Notes under the pieces: model-generated | Seen by the model: only the letters and a program-made list of their open reading frames with translations | Databases searched by the model: none | Told to the model about the DNA's origin: nothing | DNA from: Phytobacter ursingii | GTDB taxonomy: Bacteria > Pseudomonadota > Gammaproteobacteria > Enterobacterales > Enterobacteriaceae | Direction: 5' to 3' | DNA: 64,000 nt | NCBI GenBank assembly: GCA_901456055.1 | Contig: CABDWT010000003.1 | Span: forward strand, 5,352 to 69,351 | Program-made: the position numbers and the translations under genes | Shown here: positions 23,612-34,688 of the stretch, piece after piece | Numbering within the stretch: position 1 is the first letter of the stretch | How the letters are laid out: the number at the start of each line of letters is the position of its first letter

Positions 23612-24351
23612 TATTCTTCCGGTATCCGATGCGTCAGTAAGCGAAGAATGTCAGCGTTCAGCACTTCGTAGCGATCGCCCCATAACGCTGGAGCGAAGCC
23701 GACAAAAATCACGCTGCCTGGCATAGGTTCAACATGGCGTCGGTTCCAGTACGCCACCGGCACTTTCTCTGTCCGACCATTGGGATAAATCAGCCAGGCA
23801 TCGCTTTTTTCCGCCCCGCTCAGCAAACTCATCTCATTGAGGTAACTCACCACATCACGCCCTGGCGTAAAGGGCTTTTTACCCGGTTGGCTTACCAGCC
23901 CCACCACGGTGACAGTCGTGGGTCGGGGTCCCACCCACAAGCTGTACTCGCCCTCCAGCGGAGGGTTAGCACGCGTTTTGATGCGCACATAATCCGGGTC
24001 GAGATTGATTTGTTGCCGCCCCGTCACACGCAACGCCTGAACCTGGCGACGCAGGCTGTTTATCGCTGCCGCATCATCGCCCTCTTCCTCGGCGGCCAGC
24101 GCGCTAAGGCGGCCCAGTAACGCCTGCTGGCGCTGCTCTTCAAGAGCCGTGGCCTGCCGCTCGCTGATGACGGCTCCGGGCCACCAGCTTTGTGCCAGAC
24201 GGGGCTGCCCGACAACATCAATCAGACGCGCCGCGTTGGTGAGTATTTTGGGTTTACTGTCGCCTGCGATATAGACATTGACGTTGCCCGCCGCCTGCGC
24301 CAGCGAAGAGGCGCAGCAGAGTAAAAACGCGCTAGCGGATAAGAGCCTCAT
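23611..24351 (-). CDS. yjbG: YjbG (GfcC-family)
   Basis: Synteny and length match (246 aa). It has a signal peptide. Confidence 0.85.
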   Translation of the reverse strand: MRLLSASAFLLCCASSLAQAAGNVNVYIAGDSKPKILTNAARLIDVVGQPRLAQSWWPGAVISERQATALEEQRQQALLGRLSALAAEEEGDDAAAINSLRRQVQALRVTGRQQINLDPDYVRIKTRANPPLEGEYSLWVGPRPTTVTVVGLVSQPGKKPFTPGRDVVSYLNEMSLLSGAEKSDAWLIYPNGRTEKVPVAYWNRRHVEPMPGSVIFVGFAPALWGDRYEVLNADILRLLTHRIPEE

Positions 24352-24986
24352 GATTTCGCCGCCTTGATAAGCGTGGTTCTGACCGGGAACCAGTTCGCCC
24401 CCAGGTACTGTTCCGACTGACGAATTAATCCGTCTTCGTCCACCCAGTAACGGTTACGCCAGTGGGTCTGGTCCGTCGTAATCTCTTCATCAAGAATGCG
24501 AACATGGGTCGATTCGCTGCCCAGCGTGACCGAGTCCGAACCATTCCAGTGGAAGACCGAGCGTGCCGTCGCGTAACGCACCTGTTTGTGCTCCGTCCAG
24601 CCCATCGTGCGGGTCCAGCTCGCGCCATCAATAATTTGATTCGGGTTGGCTAACGGGTCTGCCGCCAGGTTATTCACCTCCAGCAAGTTGTCGCCGTTGG
24701 TCAGGGTTTTCACAATGCGATAATGCCGGGTAACGAAAATGGCCTGATCCTGTGTTGCCCACTTCTGCAGCCCGTCTTCAGAGAAGGCGAGCACCACGAA
24801 GAGCTGCGGTCCGCCATTGAGCTGCACATACTGGCTGGCGTAGGGCATATTCTGGATTTCGTCCTCGGTTAACTGGACGCCGGGCGTGCCGAACACGCTG
24901 TTCCACAGTGAATGGCCCAGCCCTTTGGTGGTGGATGAACAGGCCTGAATCAGCAGGCAAATCAGGATGATTGCGGGTCGCTTCAC
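24348..24986 (-). CDS. yjbF: YjbF (GfcB-family lipoprotein)
   Basis: Lipobox LIQAC|SS is present. Synteny matches. Confidence 0.85.
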   Translation of the reverse strand: MKRPAIILICLLIQACSSTTKGLGHSLWNSVFGTPGVQLTEDEIQNMPYASQYVQLNGGPQLFVVLAFSEDGLQKWATQDQAIFVTRHYRIVKTLTNGDNLLEVNNLAADPLANPNQIIDGASWTRTMGWTEHKQVRYATARSVFHWNGSDSVTLGSESTHVRILDEEITTDQTHWRNRYWVDEDGLIRQSEQYLGANWFPVRTTLIKAAKS

Positions 24987-25051
24987 GACTCTTCTCCAGA
25001 GGGGGACGAAATAACCACACCGAAGTGTGGTTATGATTAAAGTACTCGCCG

Positions 25052-25294
25052 TTATTGAGTACTGGTGGTCGTGGTGGTCGTGGTTCCGGTATTGGAGCCA
25101 TCACCGCCACCGGTTGCCGCAAGGGCAACACCCACCGCAGAACTTACGGTGCTGACGCTGGTTGCTGAGGAGCTACCCGCAGAAACAGTCGTCGCTGCCG
25201 ACCCTGCCGCGTCACCCACTTCAATCGGTGCCGCAAAAGCAGAAGTCGCCGCAAGCGCGGTAATGGCAAAAATGCCATACAGTGCTTTTTTCAT
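25052..25294 (-). CDS. yjbE: YjbE (Ser/Thr/Gly-rich secreted protein)
   Basis: [21 protein letters not shown]... with a poly-T tail …[10 protein letters not shown]. Near-identical to E. coli YjbE. Confidence 0.85.
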   Translation of the reverse strand: MKKALYGIFAITALAATSAFAAPIEVGDAAGSAATTVSAGSSSATSVSTVSSAVGVALAATGGGDGSNTGTTTTTTTSTQ

Positions 25295-25616
25295 ATCAAT
25301 TTCCCTTCATTGAATGAATGGAGATTTGCCTGAAAATAAACAGGCGAGAACGAGTATACACAACTAAAGCAGGCTATTTGCCGAATGGGAAACGCAGCGG
25401 GAAGTTTTAAGAAAATTGGATAAAATCGATAAATTGCAGATATTAATTTAAAATAAAAATTTTGTATTTCATACAGTTACAAATATTTCAGCAATAAGGA
25501 AGTATACGTAACATCTGAAAATAACACTGAGGAATTAACTGGATATTCTGTTTTTTCAGAATAACCTCATAATGAAGAATTATGTCGACGACGGAACAAC
25601 AAGAATTATCCGATAA

Positions 25617-25644
25617 TAAAATGCCGACGTTATGTCGGCATTTT
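25617..25644 (-). terminator. pgi terminator (symmetric hairpin, bidirectional)
   Basis: AAAATGCCGACG-ttat-GTCGGCATTTT. Confidence 0.55.
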
Positions 25645-25682
25645 AATTTACCTATTTCGCTCACCCTTATCGCTGAACGATA

Positions 25683-27428
<1,746 letters not shown>

Positions 27429-27552
27429 CTAAAACGACCCTTTTTACGCGATAAATACGCCCAACATAAGGCGTTTTTCTAATCGATTCGTCTGCATGAA
27501 AAATCCGCATAATCGTAACATTGACAGCGATGCCGCTAGCCTTTATTTATTA

Positions 27553-27880
27553 GGGCGCTACCTGCGTGCGCGCGGGCCAGAAGAGGAGCGTTACCCAGGT
27601 ACGGTGTTGGAAGAGCCAATCTGAAGAAAACACCTGAGGGGGAGTAACGCCGAGGTGGTGAATTGCATGGCGGCATTCATCATCGGCTACAGGGGCTGAA
27701 TCCCTTGAGTTGTCACCAGAAACGTTCGCAGTCGGGCGTTTCACAAGTGGTGGAGCACTTCTGGGTGTAATCGTAGTTGTCTTTTGCTCTGCGCCTACCC
27801 CTTTTCGCTCTTCCCTTGTGCCATGGCTGAATAATTTTGTCTGACGTTATACGCCAGGCTTCCCTGACACGAGGTTATAA
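27553..27880 (+). ncRNA. lysine riboswitch (L-box) in lysC leader
   Basis: GGCCAGAAGAGGAGCGTTACCCAGGTACGGTGTTGGAAGAGCCA...CACCTGAGGGGG...GGGCTGAATCCC...GTGGTGGAGCACTTCTGGGTG is colinear with the E. coli lysC leader aptamer. It lies immediately 5' of the lysC ATG. Confidence 0.85.
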
Positions 27881-27882
27881 CA

Positions 27883-29244
27883 ATGAGTCACTCCGTTTCC
27901 CCGCTCGTCGTCGCCAAATTCGGCGGTACCAGCGTGGCAAATTTTGATGCAATGAACCACAGTGCGGACGTGGTGCTTTCCGATGCGAGCGTACGTCTGG
28001 TCGTGCTTTCTGCCTCTGCCGGTGTTACCAATTTGCTGGTTGCGCTTGCCGAAGGGCTGGAGGCGACTGAGCGTTTCGTTAAGCTCGATGCGATTCGCAA
28101 AATTCAGTTCGATATTCTGGAACGTCTGGTCAATCCAAACGTCATTCGCGAAGAGATCGAACGTCTGCTGGAAAATATCACCACTCTGGCAGAAGCCGCT
28201 TCACTGGCCACCTCCAATGCATTAACCGATGAACTGGTCAGCCACGGCGAACTGATGTCCACCCTGTTGTTTGTTGAAATCCTGCGTGAACGCAATGTGC
28301 AGGCGCAGTGGTTTGACGTGCGTAAAGTGATGCGTACCAGCGATCGCTTTGGCCGCGCTGAGCCGGACGTAGCCGCGCTCGCAGAGCTGGCGACTCAGCA
28401 ACTCGCCCCACGTCTTGCCGACGGCATCGTCATTACTCAGGGCTTTATTGGCAGTGAAGCGAAAGGTCGCACCACCACGCTGGGCCGTGGCGGCAGCGAC
28501 TACACCGCCGCGCTGCTCGGCGAAGCGTTGCATGCGACCCGCGTCGATATCTGGACCGATGTCCCCGGCATCTATACCACCGACCCGCGAGTGGTGCCTG
28601 CCGCCAAACGCATTGACGAGATTGCCTTTGAAGAAGCCGCTGAAATGGCGACCTTCGGGGCGAAAGTTCTGCATCCGGCAACCTTGTTGCCGGCCGTTCG
28701 TAGCGATATCCCGGTCTTTGTCGGTTCCAGCAAAGACCCGAAAGCAGGCGGCACACTGGTGTGCAACAAAACCAGCAACCCGCCGCTGTTCCGCGCGCTG
28801 GCGCTACGTCGCAAACAGACCCTGTTGACGCTACACAGCCTGAACATGTTGCATTCTCGTGGCTTCCTGGCGGAAGTGTTCGGCATTCTGGCGCGCCACA
28901 GTATTTCGGTTGACCTGATCACCACGTCGGAGGTGAGCGTGGCGCTGACCCTGGATACCACCGGCTCCACGTCAACGGGCGATACACTGCTCACGCAGGG
29001 TCTGCTGACCGAACTTTCTTCACTCTGCCGTGTGGAAGTGGAAGAGAATCTTGCACTGGTGGCGATCATTGGTAATGACCTGTCTAAAGCCTGCGGTGTT
29101 GGCAAAGAGGTCTTCGGCGTGTTGGATCCGTTCAACATCCGCATGATTTGCTACGGCGCGTCCAGCCACAACCTGTGTTTCCTGGTGCCGGGCGCCGAAG
29201 CAGAGCAGGTTGTGCAGAAGCTGCATCATAATTTGTTCGAGTGA
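27883..29244 (+). CDS. lysC: lysine-sensitive aspartokinase III
   Basis: MSHSVSPLVVAKFGGTSVANFDAM... matches E. coli LysC. Confidence 0.95.
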   Translation: MSHSVSPLVVAKFGGTSVANFDAMNHSADVVLSDASVRLVVLSASAGVTNLLVALAEGLEATERFVKLDAIRKIQFDILERLVNPNVIREEIERLLENITTLAEAASLATSNALTDELVSHGELMSTLLFVEILRERNVQAQWFDVRKVMRTSDRFGRAEPDVAALAELATQQLAPRLADGIVITQGFIGSEAKGRTTTLGRGGSDYTAALLGEALHATRVDIWTDVPGIYTTDPRVVPAAKRIDEIAFEEAAEMATFGAKVLHPATLLPAVRSDIPVFVGSSKDPKAGGTLVCNKTSNPPLFRALALRRKQTLLTLHSLNMLHSRGFLAEVFGILARHSISVDLITTSEVSVALTLDTTGSTSTGDTLLTQGLLTELSSLCRVEVEENLALVAIIGNDLSKACGVGKEVFGVLDPFNIRMICYGASSHNLCFLVPGAEAEQVVQKLHHNLFE

Positions 29245-29258
29245 TCGCAGGCGTTGTT

Positions 29259-29393
29259 TCCCCGGTGGCGCTGCGCTTACCGGGGCTACGGGCTGTAGCC
29301 CGGATAAGGCGTTTACGCCGCCATTCGGGGCAACCGTAATTTACCAGAGCAACCAGCCGTAGCCCGGATAAGGCGTTTACGCCGCATCCGGGA
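29259..29393. repeat. REP/BIME elements (about 3 REPs)
   Basis: CCCCGGTGGCGCTGCGCTTACCGGGGCTAC.. followed by two GTAGCCCGGATAAGGCGTTTACGCCGC units. Confidence 0.8.
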
Positions 29394-29410
29394 AGCCTTG
29401 CTTGCCTAAC

Positions 29411-30202
29411 CTACATCTGCCCCATGACCGTCCGGAACAGCAACGCGTCCAACGTTCTGACGTCGCCTTCCCGGCTTTCCGGTAACGTGGGGGGAAGGGT
29501 TCCCCTTTCGATCTCGGCCGCGATAAACGCGTGTAAGCGTGGCAGACGCGCGCCGTATTGCGCTTCCCCTGCACACTGCTTACGTGCCAGTAAATCATCG
29601 ATTTCCAGACGCAATTGCGCATCCAGTTCGCTTCCGGCCAACAGTTCGGCAAAGCGCATCGGCGGTACGCCTTTTCCCGCTTCCACCCAACGCACCGCCA
29701 GTAACGGGCGCAGCACATAAAAGTATTTCTTTAACCGCACCTCATCACCCTGCAAATACTGATGGAAGTTTCTGCGGGCCATGGAGTAGTAATGCCAGCG
29801 CGCCCGCACGGCAGAAAACCATTTCGGCATCTCCGCCTTAAGCGCACCGACGGTGGCATCGTCTTGCTGATAGACCACTGGCGAATCCAGCCACTCGATC
29901 AGCGTTGGGTTTGCGCTTTTTAGCAAACCTAACGCTTTACGCCACTCCCAGCCGCTCACGTCCAGCTCATCATCGATGGGCAGTTCAATCACATCACGCG
30001 GCGCCTCTACCCGCAGATACCACTGCGGCGGATGCACATATAAAAAACGCACATCATAGTCGCTGTCCGGTGAGGCAAAACCCCAGCCACGGCTGCCGGA
30101 TTCGCAGGCATACAGCACTCTGACGCCGTAACGCTGCTCCACCTCTTTTAATTGCTGCCGCACGCGTTCACGCATTGCGGCATCCACTCCGCTATCAGCC
30201 AT
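29411..30202 (-). CDS. Pol-beta-superfamily nucleotidyltransferase (RtcB-associated)
   Basis: NTase signature GSRGWGFASPDSDYDVRF (GS-x9-D-x-D) near the N-terminus. The protein is 263 aa. Its start lies 5 bp downstream of the rtcB stop. Confidence 0.65.
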   Translation of the reverse strand: MADSGVDAAMRERVRQQLKEVEQRYGVRVLYACESGSRGWGFASPDSDYDVRFLYVHPPQWYLRVEAPRDVIELPIDDELDVSGWEWRKALGLLKSANPTLIEWLDSPVVYQQDDATVGALKAEMPKWFSAVRARWHYYSMARRNFHQYLQGDEVRLKKYFYVLRPLLAVRWVEAGKGVPPMRFAELLAGSELDAQLRLEIDDLLARKQCAGEAQYGARLPRLHAFIAAEIERGTLPPTLPESREGDVRTLDALLFRTVMGQM

Positions 30203-30207
30203 CTCAT

Positions 30208-31434
30208 TTATCCTTTTACACAGACCACCTGACGTAAGGTGTGGACAATCTCCACCAGCGACGCCTGCGCCGCCATCACCGCGTCGATATCTTTATAGGC
30301 CATCGGAATTTCATCAATAACGTCGCTGTCTTTACGACACTCAACGTGAGCGGTCGCCCGAATCTGGTCATCAACCGTAAAGCGCTTTTTCGCCGCCGTA
30401 CGACTCATCGTGCGCCCTGCGCCGTGGCTACAAGAGCAGAAGCTCTCTTCATTTCCCAATCCACGTACGATAAAGCTTTTCGCCCCCATCGAACCGGGAA
30501 TAATCCCCATCTGGCCCTTCTGCGCCGAAACCGCGCCTTTACGCGTCACCAGCACCTCTTCGCCAAAATGGGTCTCTTTTTGCACGTAGTTATGGTGGCA
30601 ATTCACCGCCTCCTGCTGGGTCAGAAACGGTTTTGTCACGATACGCGACAGCGCCGCCAGCACGCGCGACATCATCACTTCCCGGTTATGACGGGCAAAG
30701 TCCTGGGCCCACGACACGGCTTCCATATAGTCGTCATAGTGCTTACTCCCCTCCTTGAAATAGGCCAGGTTTTTATCCGGCAGGTTGGCAATATGCTGCT
30801 GCATGTCCTGTTGGGCCAGCGTGATAAACAGCGTACCAATGGCATTACCCACGCCGCGCGAACCGCTATGTAACATCACCCATACACGTTGCTGCTCATC
30901 CAGGCAGACCTCAATAAAATGGTTGCCCGTACCCAGCGTTCCCAGGTGCTGATGATTATTGGTTTTCAATAGCTGCGGATAGTTATCCGTCAAGCGCTTA
31001 AACCGTGCCGCCAGCATTGTCCAGTGGTTATCCACTTCCTGCGGGGGCGTTTCCCACGCCCCTTTATCCCGGACGGAACGTGTGCTGGTACGCCCATGCG
31101 GCACCGCCTGTTCGATTGCGCTGCGAAGCCCGCTCAGGTTATCCGGTAAATCGCTTGCCACCAGCGAGGTGCGCACGGCGATCATCCCACAACCAATATC
31201 CACGCCAACCGCCGCCGGGATAATGGCCCCTTTGGTCGGGATCACGCTGCCGATGGTGGAACCTTTACCGAGATGTACATCGGGCATTACCGCCAGATGC
31301 TGAAAAATAAACGGCATCTTCGCGGTATTCTGCAACTGTTCACGCGCCTCTGGTTCTACCGGCACCCCGTGAGTCCACATTTTTATCGGCGCACTGTTCT
31401 GCGCCGTCAGCAGTTGAAATTCGTTATGCTGCAT
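30208..31434 (-). CDS. rtcB: RNA-splicing ligase RtcB (3'-phosphate/5'-OH RNA ligase)
   Basis: 408 aa with long identical blocks to E. coli RtcB (PFIFQH.AVMPDVHLGKGSTIGSVIPTKGAIIPAAVGVDIGCGM..., GNEESFCSCSHGAGR, CRKD..VIDEIPMAYKDIDAVMAAQ). Confidence 0.9.
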   Translation of the reverse strand: MQHNEFQLLTAQNSAPIKMWTHGVPVEPEAREQLQNTAKMPFIFQHLAVMPDVHLGKGSTIGSVIPTKGAIIPAAVGVDIGCGMIAVRTSLVASDLPDNLSGLRSAIEQAVPHGRTSTRSVRDKGAWETPPQEVDNHWTMLAARFKRLTDNYPQLLKTNNHQHLGTLGTGNHFIEVCLDEQQRVWVMLHSGSRGVGNAIGTLFITLAQQDMQQHIANLPDKNLAYFKEGSKHYDDYMEAVSWAQDFARHNREVMMSRVLAALSRIVTKPFLTQQEAVNCHHNYVQKETHFGEEVLVTRKGAVSAQKGQMGIIPGSMGAKSFIVRGLGNEESFCSCSHGAGRTMSRTAAKKRFTVDDQIRATAHVECRKDSDVIDEIPMAYKDIDAVMAAQASLVEIVHTLRQVVCVKG

Positions 31435-31438
31435 TTGA

Positions 31439-32563
31439 TTATCCTTTAATACTCACCAGTCCATTCAGGACGTTATCGAGGCCACCAAATACCGAGATTT
31501 TATCGATACGTTCAGCCACTTTTTCTAGCGTTTCCAGCTCTTTTAAGCGCAACGCTACCGGGTTGTTTTCCATGACTTTCGCGGTATTAAGCAATGAGCG
31601 GGTTGCCGCTGTCTCTTCACGCCGACGAATCACGTTCGCCTGCGCCGATTTTTCCGCTTCCACCAGCTTCGCCAGAATGGTTTTCATATCGCCCGGCAAC
31701 ACGATATCCCGCACACCCAGCGACGCGACATCCATGCCAAAGGGAGCCATACGTGTTTTTACCTGAGCACTGACTACCTCATCGATGATTTGCTTGTCTT
31801 CAAGCAGTTCGTCCAGCGTCCGGGTTCCCACCGCTTCACGCAGGGCAAACTGCAGTTCGCGATACAGGTGATCCAACGGTTTGGTTAACTGGCTGAATGC
31901 CTGTAACACATCGCTGTATTGCCAGTTCGCCCCCAGGTTGATGCGCAGGTTCACTTTGTCTTTGGTCAGAATTTCCTGGCCGGACACTTCCATCAATTGC
32001 AAACGCGTATCGACAACGTCTGCATCAACCAGATGGTTCACTTTCCAGTAAGCGCTCAATCCCGGCGGCAACAAAGGTTGTGTTACACCATCGATTTTTA
32101 CTACACCGACGTGCCATGCCGCGACATTAACCGCCAGTATGGCATCCCGGCCTTTAACAGCTGCGCCGCTACGTGGCTGCAATACGGCATTCATGATGCT
32201 CTCAGGTACACGCACATCCCGGGTATCGATCAACACCACGCTCAGGCTACCGTCCTGCCAGAACAGGCGGCGTGACGCTGGCGGGATAATTTCCACCAGG
32301 ATGCCGTCACGGTAGAGCGCAGCCACCTCATGCCCGGCGGTATCGACGCTCAGGCAGTACGCCTCGACCCACTCAGGTCTGAAACGGCGCAGATAATTCG
32401 CCAGCTCTGCCGACACATCGCTGCCGTTGAGCTCAACGACCATGACCTCTTGCTTATTAAACCAGGAAAGACGGTGCTCTCCTGCCTCAAGAATTTTTGT
32501 GTAATCGCCTGCTTTTACCAGCAGGCCCACTTGTCCCTGGCGGAGAGTGATTTTTTTATTCAT
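31439..32563 (-). CDS. SPFH/band-7 domain protein (soluble, no N-terminal TM)
   Basis: The C-terminal half has stomatin/HflC-like SPFH features (…DIVLPGDMKTILAKLVEAEKSAQANVIRRREETAATRSLLNTAKVMENNPVALRLKELETLEKVAERI…). An AAGGAAG ribosome-binding site is present. It is the first gene of the rtcB operon. Confidence 0.65.
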   Translation of the reverse strand: MNKKITLRQGQVGLLVKAGDYTKILEAGEHRLSWFNKQEVMVVELNGSDVSAELANYLRRFRPEWVEAYCLSVDTAGHEVAALYRDGILVEIIPPASRRLFWQDGSLSVVLIDTRDVRVPESIMNAVLQPRSGAAVKGRDAILAVNVAAWHVGVVKIDGVTQPLLPPGLSAYWKVNHLVDADVVDTRLQLMEVSGQEILTKDKVNLRINLGANWQYSDVLQAFSQLTKPLDHLYRELQFALREAVGTRTLDELLEDKQIIDEVVSAQVKTRMAPFGMDVASLGVRDIVLPGDMKTILAKLVEAEKSAQANVIRRREETAATRSLLNTAKVMENNPVALRLKELETLEKVAERIDKISVFGGLDNVLNGLVSIKG

Positions 32564-32858
32564 TTGATCTTCCTTAAATTTTCACGTACCGGCGCGAATG
32601 CAGGATCGGAGCCGGAGGGAAACAGACCACCACTGCCAGCCTGTTTTGCCTGCGACCCGGAGCCCTTATCGGCGCCGGTTCATTGCCATCGCTAACCACC
32701 CGACGGCGCGTTTACGAACACAACCAGTGTTCACCGGAAAGGTGAGTTGGGAATCGAACCCTCATGGTGTCTCTCGGCTGACAGAACGCCCCGCGGATAA
32801 CGTCTTACCGTTCCGGGTGCGCTGGCGGGGCATAATCCCCTGCGTGCTCAACGTCGTG
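32564..32858 (-). ncRNA. candidate structured leader / Y-RNA-like ncRNA with tRNA T-loop-like motif
   Basis: The approximately 295-nt transcript 5' region runs between the sigma-54 promoter and the SPFH start codon. The minus strand contains GGGTTCGATTCCC (32749-32761), a tRNA T-arm mimic. GC-rich long-range stems are present (ATGCCCCGC…GCGGGGCGT and TCACC-tttcc-GGTGA). Confidence 0.3.
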
Positions 32859-32870
32859 ACATATCAGGTA

Positions 32871-32888
32871 TTGCCAGAAGCGTGCCAG
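32871..32888 (-). promoter_or_regulatory. sigma-54 (-24/-12) promoter of SPFH-rtcB-NTase operon
   Basis: The minus strand reads CTGGCACGCTTCTGGCAAT, which gives GG and GC 12 nt apart and fits TGGCAC-N5-TTGCA with one mismatch. It is oriented toward rtcB and is divergent from rtcR. Confidence 0.55.
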
Positions 32889-33021
32889 GTTGGAAGAAGT
32901 GGAAGATTAAATTTTAATTTACTGATATTTAAGAAATTAAATTTTCATCTCTTTGTTCACTTGCTGGTATCCCGGTAATTTTTTTATATTTATTTATCGT
33001 TATTTATCTTTAAGGATAAAA

Positions 33022-34602
33022 ATGCAAAAGCGCAGAGTGGTGATAGGCGTACTGGGAACAGTGTTGGATAAACGCGGCAAGCGGGCAAATCGCTTTCGTA
33101 AATGGCGGCCAACCGTTGGGTTATGCCAGCAGCCGGACTTTCCGGTTGATCGGCTGGAGTTGCTCCATCAGCCGCGCGATGAAGGCATGGCCCAACAGCT
33201 GGCGGAAGATATCGCACTGCTTTCACCGCAAACCACCGTACGCCCTCATCCGGTAAATATTCGCGATCCGTGGGATTTTGAAGAGGTGTATGCCGCGTTC
33301 CTCGATTTCGCCAGCCACTATGATTTCGATACAGAAAACGAAGAGTATCTGGTGCATATCACCACCGGCACGCACGTGGCGCAGATCTGCTGGTTTTTGC
33401 TGACAGAGGCTCGCTATCTGCCCGCCAGCCTGCTGCAAACCAGCCCGGCGCCGAAAGGGGCTTCGGAGGAAGATATTGCCGCCGGCGTTTGCTCGGTTAT
33501 CGATCTCGATTTAAGCCGCTATGCAACCTTAACCAGCCGCTTTCAACGCGAACAGCAACAGTCGGTTTCGCTGCTCAAAGCCGGTATCGATACGCGCAAC
33601 GCAACGTTTAATAAGCTTATCGATCAAATTGAACGGGTAGCCTTGCGCTCCACGGCACCGATTCTGTTGACCGGGCCCACCGGGGCGGGTAAATCCTTCC
33701 TGGCAAAACGTATTTTCCAGCTACGCCAGTCGCGCCATCGTGTGGCGGGTAAACTGGTGGCGGTAAACTGCGCCACGTTGCGAGGCGATAACGCTATGTC
33801 GACATTGTTTGGCCATGTGAAAGGGGCGTTTACCGGGGCGCTAACGCCACGAATGGGGCTGCTGCGCGAAGCCGATGGCGGGGTGCTTTTTCTGGATGAA
33901 ATTGCGGAGCTGGGCCTGGATGAGCAAGCGATGCTGCTGAAAGCCATTGAAGAAAAAACGTTCTTCCCATTTGGCTCGGATAAAGAGGTCCACAGTGATT
34001 TTCAGCTTATTGCCGGTACACACCGCGACATGCGCCAGTGGGTGGAGGAAGGGAAATTCCGTGAGGATCTCTATGCGCGTATCAATATGTGGACGTTTGC
34101 CCTGCCGGGGCTTGCTGAAAGACGGGAAGATATTGCGCCGAATATTGAATTCGAACTCCAGCGCTTTAGCGCCGAAGCCCAGACTCAGATCCGTTTTGAC
34201 AAAGACGCGCGTGAACGTTATCTGGCATTTGCCTGTTCCGGACAGGCACAGTGGCGCGGTAACTTTCGTGAACTGAGTTCCTCGATTGCCCGTATGGCGA
34301 CGCTGGCCGAACAGGGGCGTATCACTCTGGCTAATGCCGAAGAAGAAATTGCCCGTTTGCAGCACGCCTGGCAGACACCATCTTCACTCCCCCCTTTAGC
34401 AGAGGAAATCGATCTGTTTGAGCAACGTCAACTGGAAACGGTACTGGAGGTATGTCGCCGTCACCACTCTCTTTCCGATGCCGGGCGCGAACTGTTTGCC
34501 GTTTCGCGCTTGAAAAAAGCCAGGCCGAATGATGCTGACCGTCTGCGTAAATACCTCGCGCGCTTCGGGCTGAGCTGGGAAAACATCCGCCCTGCTACAT
34601 GA
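33022..34602 (+). CDS. rtcR: sigma-54-dependent transcriptional activator RtcR (CARF + AAA+ + HTH)
   Basis: Colinear with E. coli RtcR. Shared blocks include KWRPT..LCQQ, HITTGTHVAQICWFLL.EARYLPA, Walker A GPTGAGKSFLA, GAFTGA, LFLDEI.ELG.DEQAMLLKAIEEKTF.PFGSD and a C-terminal DADRLRKYLARFGL.WE. Confidence 0.85.
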   Translation: MQKRRVVIGVLGTVLDKRGKRANRFRKWRPTVGLCQQPDFPVDRLELLHQPRDEGMAQQLAEDIALLSPQTTVRPHPVNIRDPWDFEEVYAAFLDFASHYDFDTENEEYLVHITTGTHVAQICWFLLTEARYLPASLLQTSPAPKGASEEDIAAGVCSVIDLDLSRYATLTSRFQREQQQSVSLLKAGIDTRNATFNKLIDQIERVALRSTAPILLTGPTGAGKSFLAKRIFQLRQSRHRVAGKLVAVNCATLRGDNAMSTLFGHVKGAFTGALTPRMGLLREADGGVLFLDEIAELGLDEQAMLLKAIEEKTFFPFGSDKEVHSDFQLIAGTHRDMRQWVEEGKFREDLYARINMWTFALPGLAERREDIAPNIEFELQRFSAEAQTQIRFDKDARERYLAFACSGQAQWRGNFRELSSSIARMATLAEQGRITLANAEEEIARLQHAWQTPSSLPPLAEEIDLFEQRQLETVLEVCRRHHSLSDAGRELFAVSRLKKARPNDADRLRKYLARFGLSWENIRPAT

Positions 34603-34660
34603 ATCCTCTTCATCTTAATTTGTTTGAATAAAATTTCCTCACGCGATAAACAGTACTGAC

Positions 34661-34688
34661 GGCCGGGCTCGACCCCGGCCTTTTTTAT
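34661..34688 (+). terminator. rtcR terminator
   Basis: GGCCGGG-ctcgacc-CCGGCC followed by TTTTTTAT. Confidence 0.55.

Noticed and set aside
27550-27744. 64-aa ORF (minus) and 27271-27510 ORF in the pgi-lysC intergenic region
   Set aside because: They overlap the lysine riboswitch aptamer or the promoter region. They lack a ribosome-binding site, and the region is accounted for by the riboswitch.
32700-32800. Interpreting the GGGTTCGATTCCC-containing segment as a genuine tRNA gene or a tRNA 3'-fragment att site
   Set aside because: No 7-bp acceptor stem, D-arm or anticodon arm can be paired around the T-loop motif. No CCA or discriminator context is present. It is better described as a tRNA-like module within a leader or ncRNA.
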